This document shows positions 50,154 through 60,425 of a DNA stretch of 64,000 nt, piece by piece. Under the pieces are notes generated by a model. It was not told the DNA's origin. It saw only the letters and a program-made list of their open reading frames with translations, and ran no database searches. Both the position numbers and the translations under genes were made by a program. The stretch is from a virus: the IMG/VR virus record IMGVR_UViG_3300032668_000013, positions 8,021 to 72,020 of that record; one strand, given 5' to 3'. Positions within the stretch are counted from its first letter, which is position 1, and each line of letters opens with the position of its first letter.

Positions 50154-50459
50154 TTAGTACATATAAGAACTACCTTTATCAATATAATTATCTAAATTAG
50201 ATATTGATTTATCAATAGAATTAATTATATCTTTTAATTTACTTTTTACTGACTTTAATTCCAAATAAGAATCATCAATTTGATTATTTTTATCGCTCTT
50301 ATCATCTACAAAAGATTCAATATCATTAATTACATTAACAATAGTATCCATATTAGTATGAAAATCACTTGATAGATTAGATAATTTTTCTGTCAATTCT
50401 CTAACTTTATCATTAGATATTAATGCAGTATTTAATTCATTAAATTTTTTAATTCTCAT
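50154..50459 (-). CDS. Small coiled-coil protein with CTS-like N-terminus
   Basis: MRIKKFNE. Confidence 0.55.
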   Translation of the reverse strand: MRIKKFNELNTALISNDKVRELTEKLSNLSSDFHTNMDTIVNVINDIESFVDDKSDKNNQIDDSYLELKSVKSKLKDIINSIDKSISNLDNYIDKGSSYMY

Positions 50460-50475
50460 TTTTGAAAATTTTATT

Positions 50476-50491
50476 TTAATATATATATTAA
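50476..50491. promoter_or_regulatory. Palindromic bidirectional late-motif site TTAATATATATATTAA
   Basis: Two overlapping opposite TTAATATATA copies in the 41-nt gap between divergent genes. Confidence 0.6.
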
Positions 50492-50500
50492 ATAATAATT

Positions 50501-51178
50501 ATGGCAAAAAATAGATTAATTTTAGAGTTTACAGAATTTAATGCACAAAGAATGAATCCTGATTCATCTCAAATGGCAGTTTCAGTTGATAATCCTCAAT
50601 TAAGTATAAACGCATTTGATAAACACTTAGATAAAGTTAGAACTGCTATATCTAATTTAGAAGGTATTGTTAAAAATTTAACTACATCATCTACATTTAG
50701 ATCATTGAGATCTATGCTTTCTCTTGAAGAACAAAATGTAGATAAATTAAAAATACTAAGAATTACTTCAAATGATAGGGTTAATTATGATGCTTATGTA
50801 TCATTTTTAGTTCATGATAAAGAATATTTTGGAGTTGTTAAAAATCTATTAAATCCTTTACCAAGATTAGTATCTGAGGTATTTAAAGATAATGACCTTG
50901 TCCAAAGTAAAGAATGGAGAGTTAAGGTTGAGGGTTTAATAATTAAGACTATAAAGGCTTGGTTAAAACCTGAGATAGGAGAATATACTTTATTAAAGTC
51001 TCAAATTTTATGTACTAATAATATAACAGGGGAAGATCTTTTATTAAAAGAAGGTTCGGATGTTAAGGTTATACGTTCTATGGAAAGTTCAATTACAATT
51101 GAATATGATAATAAATTTTATAATTTAACAGGAGATAATTTTATTTATTTTAATTATTGGTTTAAGAATAAGAAATAA
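50501..51178 (+). CDS. Hypothetical protein
   Basis: 225-aa ORF, MAKNRLILEFTEFN. Confidence 0.6.
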   Translation: MAKNRLILEFTEFNAQRMNPDSSQMAVSVDNPQLSINAFDKHLDKVRTAISNLEGIVKNLTTSSTFRSLRSMLSLEEQNVDKLKILRITSNDRVNYDAYVSFLVHDKEYFGVVKNLLNPLPRLVSEVFKDNDLVQSKEWRVKVEGLIIKTIKAWLKPEIGEYTLLKSQILCTNNITGEDLLLKEGSDVKVIRSMESSITIEYDNKFYNLTGDNFIYFNYWFKNKK

Positions 51179-51204
51179 AAAAAGGAGCTTTAAGCTCCTT
51201 TTTT
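51177..51204. terminator. Bidirectional intrinsic terminator
   Basis: AAAAAAAGGAGCT-TTA-AGCTCCTTTTTTT. Confidence 0.85.
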
Positions 51205-53138
51205 TATTTTAATCCATTTCTTTCTATTATATCATAAAGTTCTTTTACTTTATTTTCTAAGTAAGCTACTTTTGCTACTAAAACTTCATTATAGTTTAGG
51301 GCTAAATAACCATCTTCTTTTTTTATTATAGAACTTGGTACAATATCTTCTACATCTTGTGCTATATAACCTATATGAGAATTACCACCAATTACATAAG
51401 ATGCAGATTTAATAGAATCAATTCCTTCTATTACTGGGTTGTAAACTATATTTGACTTTAATCTTAAATCAGAATCAAATCCACCTGTTTGCGCAGTTAT
51501 AGAACCACTAGCTGATATATTTCCTGAAAAATAAGCATTACCACTAACTTGAAGTATCGCAGATCCTTGACTTTGTGTAAATCCAATTAATACATTACCT
51601 GTATTATTATTAAAAATATCATTTATATTATTTGACCAATTTGGAGAAAGTGCTCCACTTGGATTAATTAATAATGAACCATCATTACTAAAAGTTCCAG
51701 TTCCTATATTTCCAACAACACCTATACATTGAGCTGGATAACCAATCGGAAGAGAAGATGTTAAACCTCCATTATAATCTATATATAGTTTTGTACCAAG
51801 ACCATAATTCCATGTATTAATATTACGAAATACCCCCATTGCTACATATCTTCCATAACCACCAATAGGAATAGTATCAACTGTTATCCCTAATAATTGA
51901 TTTTGATATTTATCAGGAGATGCACGAACAATACGTCCGCTACTGTCCATAGATATCACAGTATTTGGTGGTAAACTATAACTACCGTAATTTAAAACTG
52001 TTATAAAAACAGAATTACCTATATTAAATGTTATACCATCACGTCCAGTGTATGTTAATGTATCATAAGTTAAAGCAGAAGATTGTAAAGCATACAATTG
52101 TAAAGAACTAGTTCCAGTAGTAGGAACTGTATTTGATGGCATTTGAATATATCCTGTAATTTTAGCATTTCCTTGAATATAAGCATTTCCATTAACTTGT
52201 AAACTATATGTTCCATAAAAGAAACTTGTTCCGATTGACAAATTACCTGCAAAGTAATTACTACTTGGATCTGAATTATATATACTCCAAGTTCCAGATG
52301 GAATTGTACCTCCAATTAATAAAGATGACCAATTAGAAGTATATGTTGATATATTATTAATTGGTATTATTTGTACTCCAATTGTATTTGAAAAAAATCC
52401 ACTTCCTGATATCTGAGGATTAACTACTATTCCAATATTATTAGCAGTTAGTCCTAAATTAGAATAAGTTCCTGATGTATATATACTTAAGCCAGTAATA
52501 GATGATGTACCAAATGCAGTTGTTTGTATAGTATTACTTCTAAAAAATCCATTTTGAAAACCATTAAAAATACCAATCCCTCCAGCCCCTTCTATAAAAT
52601 TTTGAGCATAAATACCTCCATTTGTAGAAATTGCAGATGCTGAAAGTCCATTATTTCCTGATAAAGAAGAGGCTACAAATATTTTACCACCTATATATGT
52701 ATCATTACTTACTTGTAAGCTATAAGATCCTGATAAACTTGTATAACTATTAGTCCCAATTAATAATCCAAATGGATTACCTTTATTCCAAGAAATAGAA
52801 GAATCATATCCTATACTAGTTGTTCCAGTCCATAATGTAACATATCCAAGTGAAGCTGAACCAGTTATATTACCAACTCCACCACCTGATTGTTTTAAGA
52901 CTAATTGTGAATCAGAAGTCCCATTTTGCCACCAATATTCTTGTGGATATGGTTGTGTGCTTGATGTTCCAATTAGTACTGTTAATCCTATATGTCTATT
53001 AGACGCTGATATTCCTGAACATGCAGATGCAGTTGTAGCCCATGGTATAGAAAATCCACTTCCGGAAAAATTTGCATATTTATAATCTAAAGGTCTACCT
53101 GTTCCTAAAAATATACTATCTGATACTTGTACTGACAT
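51204..53138 (-). CDS. Tail fibre/spike with C-terminal intramolecular chaperone (peptidase S74)
   Basis: G/S/T-rich with LQV.G repeats; SDLRLKSNI...GYIAQDVE...LNY. Confidence 0.85.
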   Translation of the reverse strand: MSVQVSDSIFLGTGRPLDYKYANFSGSGFSIPWATTASACSGISASNRHIGLTVLIGTSSTQPYPQEYWWQNGTSDSQLVLKQSGGGVGNITGSASLGYVTLWTGTTSIGYDSSISWNKGNPFGLLIGTNSYTSLSGSYSLQVSNDTYIGGKIFVASSLSGNNGLSASAISTNGGIYAQNFIEGAGGIGIFNGFQNGFFRSNTIQTTAFGTSSITGLSIYTSGTYSNLGLTANNIGIVVNPQISGSGFFSNTIGVQIIPINNISTYTSNWSSLLIGGTIPSGTWSIYNSDPSSNYFAGNLSIGTSFFYGTYSLQVNGNAYIQGNAKITGYIQMPSNTVPTTGTSSLQLYALQSSALTYDTLTYTGRDGITFNIGNSVFITVLNYGSYSLPPNTVISMDSSGRIVRASPDKYQNQLLGITVDTIPIGGYGRYVAMGVFRNINTWNYGLGTKLYIDYNGGLTSSLPIGYPAQCIGVVGNIGTGTFSNDGSLLINPSGALSPNWSNNINDIFNNNTGNVLIGFTQSQGSAILQVSGNAYFSGNISASGSITAQTGGFDSDLRLKSNIVYNPVIEGIDSIKSASYVIGGNSHIGYIAQDVEDIVPSSIIKKEDGYLALNYNEVLVAKVAYLENKVKELYDIIERNGLK

Positions 53139-53167
53139 TTTTATTGTTTATTTTTTATTATTAATAA

Positions 53168-54697
53168 TTATGAAAAGGCATAATTATTAGTAGATTGATC
53201 AAATGTTAGTGGTGTTCCAATATTATAATATATATTATAAGCTATATTACAATAACCATCATTAATTGATGTTGTAGTATATGACTGAAACGTTCCATTA
53301 CCCCCTATAGGTCCTCCATTACTAGCAGAAGATCTCCAGTTTGTTTTTGGATATATTGTAGGCACAACCAAAAACAAATACCCAGTAACTCCCATTGTAT
53401 TAACATTTATAGTATCATTATTAATGTATAAATGTTTAGTTAAAAAAGCACAAGTACTTGAAGTCACATCATTAATTATTTGAGTCATATTATAATTTGT
53501 AGTAGAAACCACAACAAAATATGGATAATAAAAATTAATTACTGATGTAACAAATCTACTACTTGATTGTTTAGCATCATTAAGAATTATACCAAAATAA
53601 CCAATAGTAGTACTTGTACTTAATGCACTACTAAAAGTTGGTGATATAGCTCCTGATGTAATAGAAATTGTAGAACCAATATTATAGTAATTTGTTCCAT
53701 CATTACTATAAGATAATTGATAATATCTTAAAGGAACTAATGGTGAATTTATTGAAATCGAAGTAGATGATAATGTAGTTCCTACATTACCGATTTCTCT
53801 AACAAAACTTGATTCAATTGATTGAGGGTTAGATATTGATTGGGTTAAAGTAATAGTTGGTTGTGCATACGGAGTCATATTTATTACACCAATTGAGTTT
53901 GCTTCTGCTCCTTGAGTATCTGTTACATCATATTTATAGAAATAATTAATAGGAGTTACAGGTAAGGCAGTATAATTAACAGATTGTGTAAAAGTATTAG
54001 TATATGTTGCAGTAGGACCTACTTTATTAGTTAAAAAAGTATTAGGTGTAGAAGTTCCATAAGAAACTGTTCCAACAGCAGCAGTTGCTCCTGCTGAGTT
54101 AATAGTATATGATACACTAATAGTTGCTATAATACTTGAGGTATTATAAGGTATTGTTGTTGGTATAACAGATATATTAGCAGTTGGTGTTAATGGTTGT
54201 TGTATAGCATCTAATATAACTTGTTGAGGAGTTTTTCCTATTGCTGGTATTACCGAACCATTAGTATATCTACCAAAACTATAACTAGGTCCTAAATATA
54301 CAGTTGGGTTATAAGTAAAAATATCAACAGTACAAGAATATGTTGAAGATTGAGTTGACCAATAGTAAGACAAATTAGAAGTTTGATCTACATATAATAT
54401 ATTTGGAGATGCATTAGAAGCAGTTGGAAAAGCGGATATACTACTATATTGTAAAACTCCTCCACCATTATCTTCATCCCAAGAAGTAGATACTGCTGAT
54501 TGTGTTCCACCACTAGATAAAAATTTGGCTCCATTAAAAACATAAGTTTTTCTAATATCAGTTTGGAAAACTTTTAAACCATCATAAACAACTAAATAGT
54601 TCATATTTATTCTAACACTAGAACTTGTTGCTATAATTCTAGTATCTATTGGCTGTGGTGCTGATACATTAAATCCTGATATTTTAGGTATTGACAT
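53168..54697 (-). CDS. Putative tail fibre/virion surface protein
   Basis: S/T-rich beta-type sequence; N-terminal PIDTR...GLKV resembles PLDYK...GLTV of its neighbour. Confidence 0.55.
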   Translation of the reverse strand: MSIPKISGFNVSAPQPIDTRIIATSSSVRINMNYLVVYDGLKVFQTDIRKTYVFNGAKFLSSGGTQSAVSTSWDEDNGGGVLQYSSISAFPTASNASPNILYVDQTSNLSYYWSTQSSTYSCTVDIFTYNPTVYLGPSYSFGRYTNGSVIPAIGKTPQQVILDAIQQPLTPTANISVIPTTIPYNTSSIIATISVSYTINSAGATAAVGTVSYGTSTPNTFLTNKVGPTATYTNTFTQSVNYTALPVTPINYFYKYDVTDTQGAEANSIGVINMTPYAQPTITLTQSISNPQSIESSFVREIGNVGTTLSSTSISINSPLVPLRYYQLSYSNDGTNYYNIGSTISITSGAISPTFSSALSTSTTIGYFGIILNDAKQSSSRFVTSVINFYYPYFVVVSTTNYNMTQIINDVTSSTCAFLTKHLYINNDTINVNTMGVTGYLFLVVPTIYPKTNWRSSASNGGPIGGNGTFQSYTTTSINDGYCNIAYNIYYNIGTPLTFDQSTNNYAFS

Positions 54698-54712
54698 TTT
54701 ATTTTATTTTTT

Positions 54713-56092
54713 TTATGAAAATGTATATTTTCCAGTTGGGTTAGTTTGATAATTTGTATAATATATATAATATAATACACCATTCCAATAATGAGTTGAT
54801 GGTGTAATACTATTAGTCGCTATTTGGAAATTAGCAATAACAGAATCTCCACCTTGATCTGACATAGTACTTAGAAATTTTCCATAGGTACTTGGGTATA
54901 TATAATACATATACCCAAAAACAGTTCCAGTAAAATCTAATTGAGATTGATAGCCAATATTTTTTGATAGACCAAAACTACTTAAATTAAAGTTACCAAA
55001 ACTACTAACCATAGTTGAATATGGTATAGTTGATGTTCCATAATAATACGGATAATCGGTATTTATACCAAAAGTATAAGTTGCTTGCAAATTAGCTATA
55101 TCTGTTATAGTTAATACATAACTATAACTAGTTTTTGTAGAATTATTAATTGAGTATGTAAATACTGAACCACTATATGTTCCTGAAAATCCAGGACCAG
55201 TTGCTATTACTAGATTAGAAGTAAGACTACCACTAATTATAGCAGATACTACAGTAGTAGTACCTGGATAAATAGTATAATTATATGTTATTCCACTAGA
55301 ACTTGTCAATGATCCTACCTCGTATAAATTACCACTTCCTAAAGGAGTAGTAACTCCTAATGTACAACTTGGGCCTAAATCTGGATAAAACATCTTAGTT
55401 AATATATCTGACATACTAAGATTACTAAAAGTAAATGGTTTTTTAATACCACCTACTTCTACAGTTATTGATTTAGGATTATTATAAGCAAAATTACTAC
55501 TTATATCTCGCCAACTTACTACATTATTAGAACCTAATATTAAAGCTTGTCCAATTGAACCAGTAGAACTAATTGAAGGGAATTGATATCCGTTTAAATA
55601 AATATTACTAGTTGATGCTGACATCAAATTAATATTACCATTTGGATTAATAACACTAATATCTAATCCTGAGTTTGTAGCTGCTGTTATAATATATGGA
55701 GCATTATTAAATAAAGTTGGATTTCCTGCTAAAAATGTAACTATAGTACTTTGAGTAATAGAATCAGGTTTATTATTAAAAAAGAATACATCTGTACCAT
55801 TATTTAATAAAGTAGAGTTCATTACATTACTACCTAAATAATTTCTTTTACCAAAATAAAATGGGTTAGTTAATATACTTCCAGCACTATCAGAATCTAA
55901 ACCAATATAATAACTACCTGATGCAGTCGTTTGTTTAAAAACGTTATTTATCCATGTGGTATAAATAGCATCCCTTAAATTTTGAGGTGTTATTAAATTA
56001 TGTGTATTATCAGGCAATCCTTGAATAGCATCAGATATACCTGATAAATTATTAGATGTATATGGATAACTAAAATTACTAAATGTAAGCAT
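54713..56092 (-). CDS. Putative tail fibre/virion surface protein
   Basis: S/T/G-rich, LPDNT...ITP..LRD N-terminus, same operon. Confidence 0.55.
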   Translation of the reverse strand: MLTFSNFSYPYTSNNLSGISDAIQGLPDNTHNLITPQNLRDAIYTTWINNVFKQTTASGSYYIGLDSDSAGSILTNPFYFGKRNYLGSNVMNSTLLNNGTDVFFFNNKPDSITQSTIVTFLAGNPTLFNNAPYIITAATNSGLDISVINPNGNINLMSASTSNIYLNGYQFPSISSTGSIGQALILGSNNVVSWRDISSNFAYNNPKSITVEVGGIKKPFTFSNLSMSDILTKMFYPDLGPSCTLGVTTPLGSGNLYEVGSLTSSSGITYNYTIYPGTTTVVSAIISGSLTSNLVIATGPGFSGTYSGSVFTYSINNSTKTSYSYVLTITDIANLQATYTFGINTDYPYYYGTSTIPYSTMVSSFGNFNLSSFGLSKNIGYQSQLDFTGTVFGYMYYIYPSTYGKFLSTMSDQGGDSVIANFQIATNSITPSTHYWNGVLYYIYYTNYQTNPTGKYTFS

Positions 56093-56146
56093 TAATTTAT
56101 TTTTATTTTATATATTATATATTATATATTAAAAACAATTAGGCAC

Positions 56147-56181
56147 AAAAAAAAAGTTTCTACTTTCGTAGAAACTTTTTT
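56147..56181. terminator. Intrinsic terminator
   Basis: AAAAAGTTTCTAC-TTTC-GTAGAAACTTTTT. Confidence 0.8.
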
Positions 56182-56182
56182 A

Positions 56183-56584
56183 TTAATTAAATAAGAAGTC
56201 AATTTTAAGTAAATCCTTAACTTTAACATTTGAATTAAGATTTAAATCGTCAAAATTTAATTTCTCATGACTTAATGTATTCTCTACACTCATTAATTCC
56301 TCCATTTCTTTATTAAAAGAAAAAGTATCAGTTATTTTAACCGCATTTGGAATAACCTTACCTTCATTATCCACTGCTTCAACTGGATTTCCTGTAGAAT
56401 CTCTTTCAACATATTTTTCAAAGATTCTTTTTTCTAATTTTGTTTTATCTTCAATAATAGAAGATAAGTCTTTTAACATTCTCATTAATTTAAAAGCTTC
56501 TCCTGCTTTTATATCTAAATCAATAATAGCATTTAAAGCAGTTACTGTGTCTTGACTTAACTGACTGTTTTTGATAGTTATCAT
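56183..56584 (-). CDS. Hypothetical protein
   Basis: 133-aa helical ORF with AAAC-N17-TATAAT upstream. Confidence 0.6.
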   Translation of the reverse strand: MITIKNSQLSQDTVTALNAIIDLDIKAGEAFKLMRMLKDLSSIIEDKTKLEKRIFEKYVERDSTGNPVEAVDNEGKVIPNAVKITDTFSFNKEMEELMSVENTLSHEKLNFDDLNLNSNVKVKDLLKIDFLFN

Positions 56585-56614
56585 ATTTTTGTTTTTTTTT
56601 ATTATATAATTGTT

Positions 56615-57301
56615 TTATATTTTGTTTAGTCTAATATTACATAAATTATAATATTCCAATTCCTTTTCTATTAAAATATAATCTCTATTTATTATTTTAG
56701 CCGCTTCTCCCGTTGTCCCTGAACCAGCAAAAGGATCCAAAATAACATCACCTTCTTTTGAATGTTTTTCTACTAAATCTAAAATTAATTTTAATGGCTT
56801 TTGAGTAGGATGAACTCTTTCTTTTCCATGACAAAGAGGATATGTATAAATACCATTATCATATTTAGAATTAAAAGTAGGATTACTTCCTTTTGTAAAA
56901 GTAAAAAAATATTCTACCGCATTAGATAAATAATTAATTTTTGAATTAATTGGGGTTGGATTAGTTTTTACCCAACTACATACTCTAGGTTGTTTAAATC
57001 CTAATTTATCAGCACTTACTTTTATATCATTACATTTCCATATATCATAAAATATAATTAAATACCCTCCTTTTTTTAATACTCTAAAACATTCTTTTAA
57101 TAAAGTATTTATATCAAAAAATTCTTTATCCCATTCACCAAAGTCTATATCATGTTTATTAAACTTTTTGTTATCACTGTTTTTAAAATTGGATTTTTTA
57201 GATATTATATAAGGAGGATCTGTTAAGATTAGATCAATAGAATTATCTTTAATTTTCTTCAATTCTTTAAAGCAATCCCCATTTATTATTTGATTAAGCA
57301 T
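56615..57301 (-). CDS. N6-adenine/N4-cytosine DNA methyltransferase (beta class)
   Basis: ILTDPPY precedes HPTQKP and DPFAGSGTT. Confidence 0.92.
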   Translation of the reverse strand: MLNQIINGDCFKELKKIKDNSIDLILTDPPYIISKKSNFKNSDNKKFNKHDIDFGEWDKEFFDINTLLKECFRVLKKGGYLIIFYDIWKCNDIKVSADKLGFKQPRVCSWVKTNPTPINSKINYLSNAVEYFFTFTKGSNPTFNSKYDNGIYTYPLCHGKERVHPTQKPLKLILDLVEKHSKEGDVILDPFAGSGTTGEAAKIINRDYILIEKELEYYNLCNIRLNKI

Positions 57302-57313
57302 AATCTATATATC

Positions 57314-58036
57314 TTAATCAAATAAGTTCCTTAAGTCTAAATTATATTTTAAATCAACTTCAAATCCTTTATGAAAAAGTTTAATATCATTCCATGTTTT
57401 AAATGTATTAACTATTTCTTCAATTTTATCATATTCTTCTTTATTCATATCTTCATTGAATAAACTCATTAAATTGTCTATCTCATTAAAACTTAAATAG
57501 TTTTTATTACCTAAAAAATAAACAAAGTAAAATGTATATTCTTTTTTAATTTCCTTTTTCTCAAAAATATAACGAGCTAAACAATCTTCTATCCCCATAG
57601 AAGGTAATGAAAATCTATAACCATTCATTAAAAATTCTCTTGTATCATAATCAAATTCATATTTTGAATAATCAAAGTAAGAATAATTATCATCAATAGG
57701 AATTTGTATATCACCTAAATTTACATATATATCTTTCTCTAATGTAAATTTAACTATTTCTAAAAATATGTAATATAAGTCAAGTGCTTTTATATCAGCA
57801 AAAGAACCATTTTTAATAATAGTATTATTATTAACTATTTTTATCATACAATTAATAATACTTAGAATGTTATTGGGTTGAAAATTCTTTTTATAATAAG
57901 CAATATCAATTTCAGATGCTTTTTTAATTTTTAATGTAAAATCTTTAGGATAAAAAATACCATTTGTTGTAGATTTTGATAAGTCGATAAGTTTTGTTTT
58001 ATCTTTTAATGATGATAATATAGAAAATATACTCAT
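57314..58036 (-). CDS. Putative baseplate hub assembly protein (gp26-like)
   Basis: L.S...FYP...D.YYIFLEI..FT...F.LPS.G pattern; weak. Confidence 0.4.
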   Translation of the reverse strand: MSIFSILSSLKDKTKLIDLSKSTTNGIFYPKDFTLKIKKASEIDIAYYKKNFQPNNILSIINCMIKIVNNNTIIKNGSFADIKALDLYYIFLEIVKFTLEKDIYVNLGDIQIPIDDNYSYFDYSKYEFDYDTREFLMNGYRFSLPSMGIEDCLARYIFEKKEIKKEYTFYFVYFLGNKNYLSFNEIDNLMSLFNEDMNKEEYDKIEEIVNTFKTWNDIKLFHKGFEVDLKYNLDLRNLFD

Positions 58037-58085
58037 ATTAGTATGAAAATTTTTATATTATATATTATATTATATATAAGTTCAT

Positions 58086-58115
58086 AAAAAAATCCCTCTT
58101 AAAGAGGGATTTTTT
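58086..58115. terminator. Intrinsic terminator after nrdA
   Basis: AAAAAATCCCTCT-TAA-AGAGGGATTTTTT. Confidence 0.85.
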
Positions 58116-58118
58116 AAA

Positions 58119-59456
58119 TTATGCAGAACATACTTCACAATCTTCATCATCATTTGGTTTTGAAAAATTAATCGGAGTTTTATTCTCTTCTTTATCTTGT
58201 GTCGTGAACTTAATAGCACTTGCAGCACCTTTCAATCTTAGGTAATAAATACCAGTTTTTAAGTTAGTTTTATCTTCTCTATAAAACTTAGGATTACCCA
58301 ATTTGTCATAAACTACATCAACACCTTCTGGTATTATTGGATTACCTGTTTTATCTAAATTGAAACTTCTTCTACCCCATCCATAAAAATGCATAGATGT
58401 TAATTTAGCAAAATTAGGTGCTTCCATAAAGATATTTAAAGATTGAGTTTGATCTATAAATGCTCCTCTATCCGCAGACATATCTATAATATCTCTTTGT
58501 TTAATTTCCCAAACTGTTTTATAAATTTCTTTAATTTCAGTTGGAATTTCTGGTATATTTTGAATAGAACCATCTTCATTAATAATTTTAGTTCTGATTT
58601 TATCAGACCATATACCCAATTTAACTAATTCTTTTACTAAATATTTATTTACTATAATGAATTCTCCTGAAAGAACTCTTCTAACATATAAATTAGAATT
58701 TTGAGCCTCATATGATGCCCCATTTCCTAATATGGAACTTGTTGATGCAGTTGGCATCACCGCAGTTGTTAATGAGTTTCTAACACCATATTTTACAACT
58801 TCTGTTCTTAACTTATTCCAATCATATCTATCAGATGGTTTAGTATTCCATAAATCAAACTGAAATTTACCTTCTGATAATGGAGAACCCTTAAATGTAG
58901 CATATGCTCCTTGTTCTTTAGCTAAATCATTTGATGCTTTAATAGCAGCATAATAAATAGTTTCAAATATTTCTTTGTTAATTTTTTTAGCTTCAGGACT
59001 ATCATAAGGTATATTCATTAAGAAAAATACATCTGCTAAACCTTGAATACCTAATCCAATTGGTCTGTGTAAGAAGTTAGAAAACTTCGCACTTTCTGAT
59101 GGATAATAGTTTGTTTCAATAACATTATTTAAGTTAATAGTTGCTTGATAAGATACTTCGTATAATTTCTTATGATTTAATGTCCTGTTTTTATTAACAA
59201 ATTTTGAAAGAGCAATTGATGCTAAATTACAAACCGCAGTTTCATTAACACTTTCTCTATTATAGAACTCACCCAATTTAAGACTTTCTAACAATTCTTT
59301 ATTTTGTAATATCTCCCCTTGAGCTTTAGTAATTCCTGTACATTCCACGATCTCAGCACAGTTATGTACTAATATATTATTTGCATAAAAGTTATGGTTT
59401 TTTTTTACCGTAATATCATAAACCGGTCTATTCTTTACTTTTTCTATTTTAATCAT
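58119..59456 (-). CDS. nrdA: Split-intein C-half (32 aa) + class I ribonucleotide reductase alpha C-terminal extein
   Basis: VYDITV...ILVHN|CAEI; VCNLAS, RPIGLG.QGLAD, MPTASTS, IDQTQSLN, KTG.YY, C-terminal CEVC. Confidence 0.93.
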   Translation of the reverse strand: MIKIEKVKNRPVYDITVKKNHNFYANNILVHNCAEIVECTGITKAQGEILQNKELLESLKLGEFYNRESVNETAVCNLASIALSKFVNKNRTLNHKKLYEVSYQATINLNNVIETNYYPSESAKFSNFLHRPIGLGIQGLADVFFLMNIPYDSPEAKKINKEIFETIYYAAIKASNDLAKEQGAYATFKGSPLSEGKFQFDLWNTKPSDRYDWNKLRTEVVKYGVRNSLTTAVMPTASTSSILGNGASYEAQNSNLYVRRVLSGEFIIVNKYLVKELVKLGIWSDKIRTKIINEDGSIQNIPEIPTEIKEIYKTVWEIKQRDIIDMSADRGAFIDQTQSLNIFMEAPNFAKLTSMHFYGWGRRSFNLDKTGNPIIPEGVDVVYDKLGNPKFYREDKTNLKTGIYYLRLKGAASAIKFTTQDKEENKTPINFSKPNDDEDCEVCSA

Positions 59457-59471
59457 AATATTTTTTATTTT

Positions 59472-60353
59472 TTATGAAAATTGATTTTTATTCTTCTTAA
59501 ATATTCTAAGAAATTCTCTAATCTCATTTTCTTTTTCTTTAAATTTATTTTCCCAATCATCCTTATAAATTACGAAATAACCTTTTGTTGTGTGATATGG
59601 TATTTCTTTTTTAGAGTTTTTTCTTACAGTAGCACCAATTGCAGATTTTGTAGAACCTATATAGTCAATAATATACATACAACATTCAAACTCTTTTATA
59701 AAATTAAAATCTTTATCAAATAATAACGTATATTTAGATTTGTTGTTATTGTGTCCATTTTTCTTTTCTGCTAATTTTACTCTAGTTTCCTCACTTATTA
59801 CACGACCTTTATTCCAATGAACACCATTTATTTTGGCAATATGTGAAGGTCTTTTTTCTAGTGGTAATCCATACATATTATTTTTTTCACCAATGGCATT
59901 TAGTCTATGTTTTTCTCTTATTTCTTCTTTTCTTGGGTTATTTGTAAAAGTATCTCCACCATCACCTCCTTTTGAAATATTTGATAATGGTCCACTTTTA
60001 TCAATTTTAGTACCAATTAACTCTATTAATTCAATTTCATTTTTACATGCTAATTCTCTCGTTATATTTTCTATTATTCTAATAGAAATAGGTTCTTTAT
60101 CACTCTTCAATATTTTTTTAATTATTGAATTTTTAATTTTATTTTTTGCATATGTGGACTCATTCTTAACAAAGTTTGTGTGCATATCCTCTCTTATATA
60201 ATAAGATTCTGTATTTGATATACCAACATAGAATGGTTCATAATTAAAAATATAATTATTATATTCATATTTTCCTTCTTTTAGTGGATTTAAAAGAACA
60301 TATACATAATTATTTCTTTTTTCTTTTGTATAAAATTGACCAATAACCTCCAT
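59472..60353 (-). CDS. GIY-YIG-like homing endonuclease with NUMOD3-like motif inside fractured nrdA
   Basis: YVYVL...PFYVG, N...GGDGG, GEKNNMYG, WNKG...SEETR.KL. Confidence 0.75.
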   Translation of the reverse strand: MEVIGQFYTKEKRNNYVYVLLNPLKEGKYEYNNYIFNYEPFYVGISNTESYYIREDMHTNFVKNESTYAKNKIKNSIIKKILKSDKEPISIRIIENITRELACKNEIELIELIGTKIDKSGPLSNISKGGDGGDTFTNNPRKEEIREKHRLNAIGEKNNMYGLPLEKRPSHIAKINGVHWNKGRVISEETRVKLAEKKNGHNNNKSKYTLLFDKDFNFIKEFECCMYIIDYIGSTKSAIGATVRKNSKKEIPYHTTKGYFVIYKDDWENKFKEKENEIREFLRIFKKNKNQFS

Positions 60354-60425
60354 AATATAAATTTTTACTTTTATTTATATATTAAATAGTTGAGGTTACC
60401 TTTTACTATTATGGAAACTACTTTT

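Noticed and set aside
2304-60201. Short antisense or nested ORFs in the track (e.g. 2304, 4505, 5228, 10556, 11586, 16457, 19198, 26916, 28199, 33370, 33622, 37767, 39431, 40326, 42328, 48684, 49736, 52070, 58443, 59481, 59833)
   Set aside because: They lie within well-supported genes, have shadow-frame composition and no motifs
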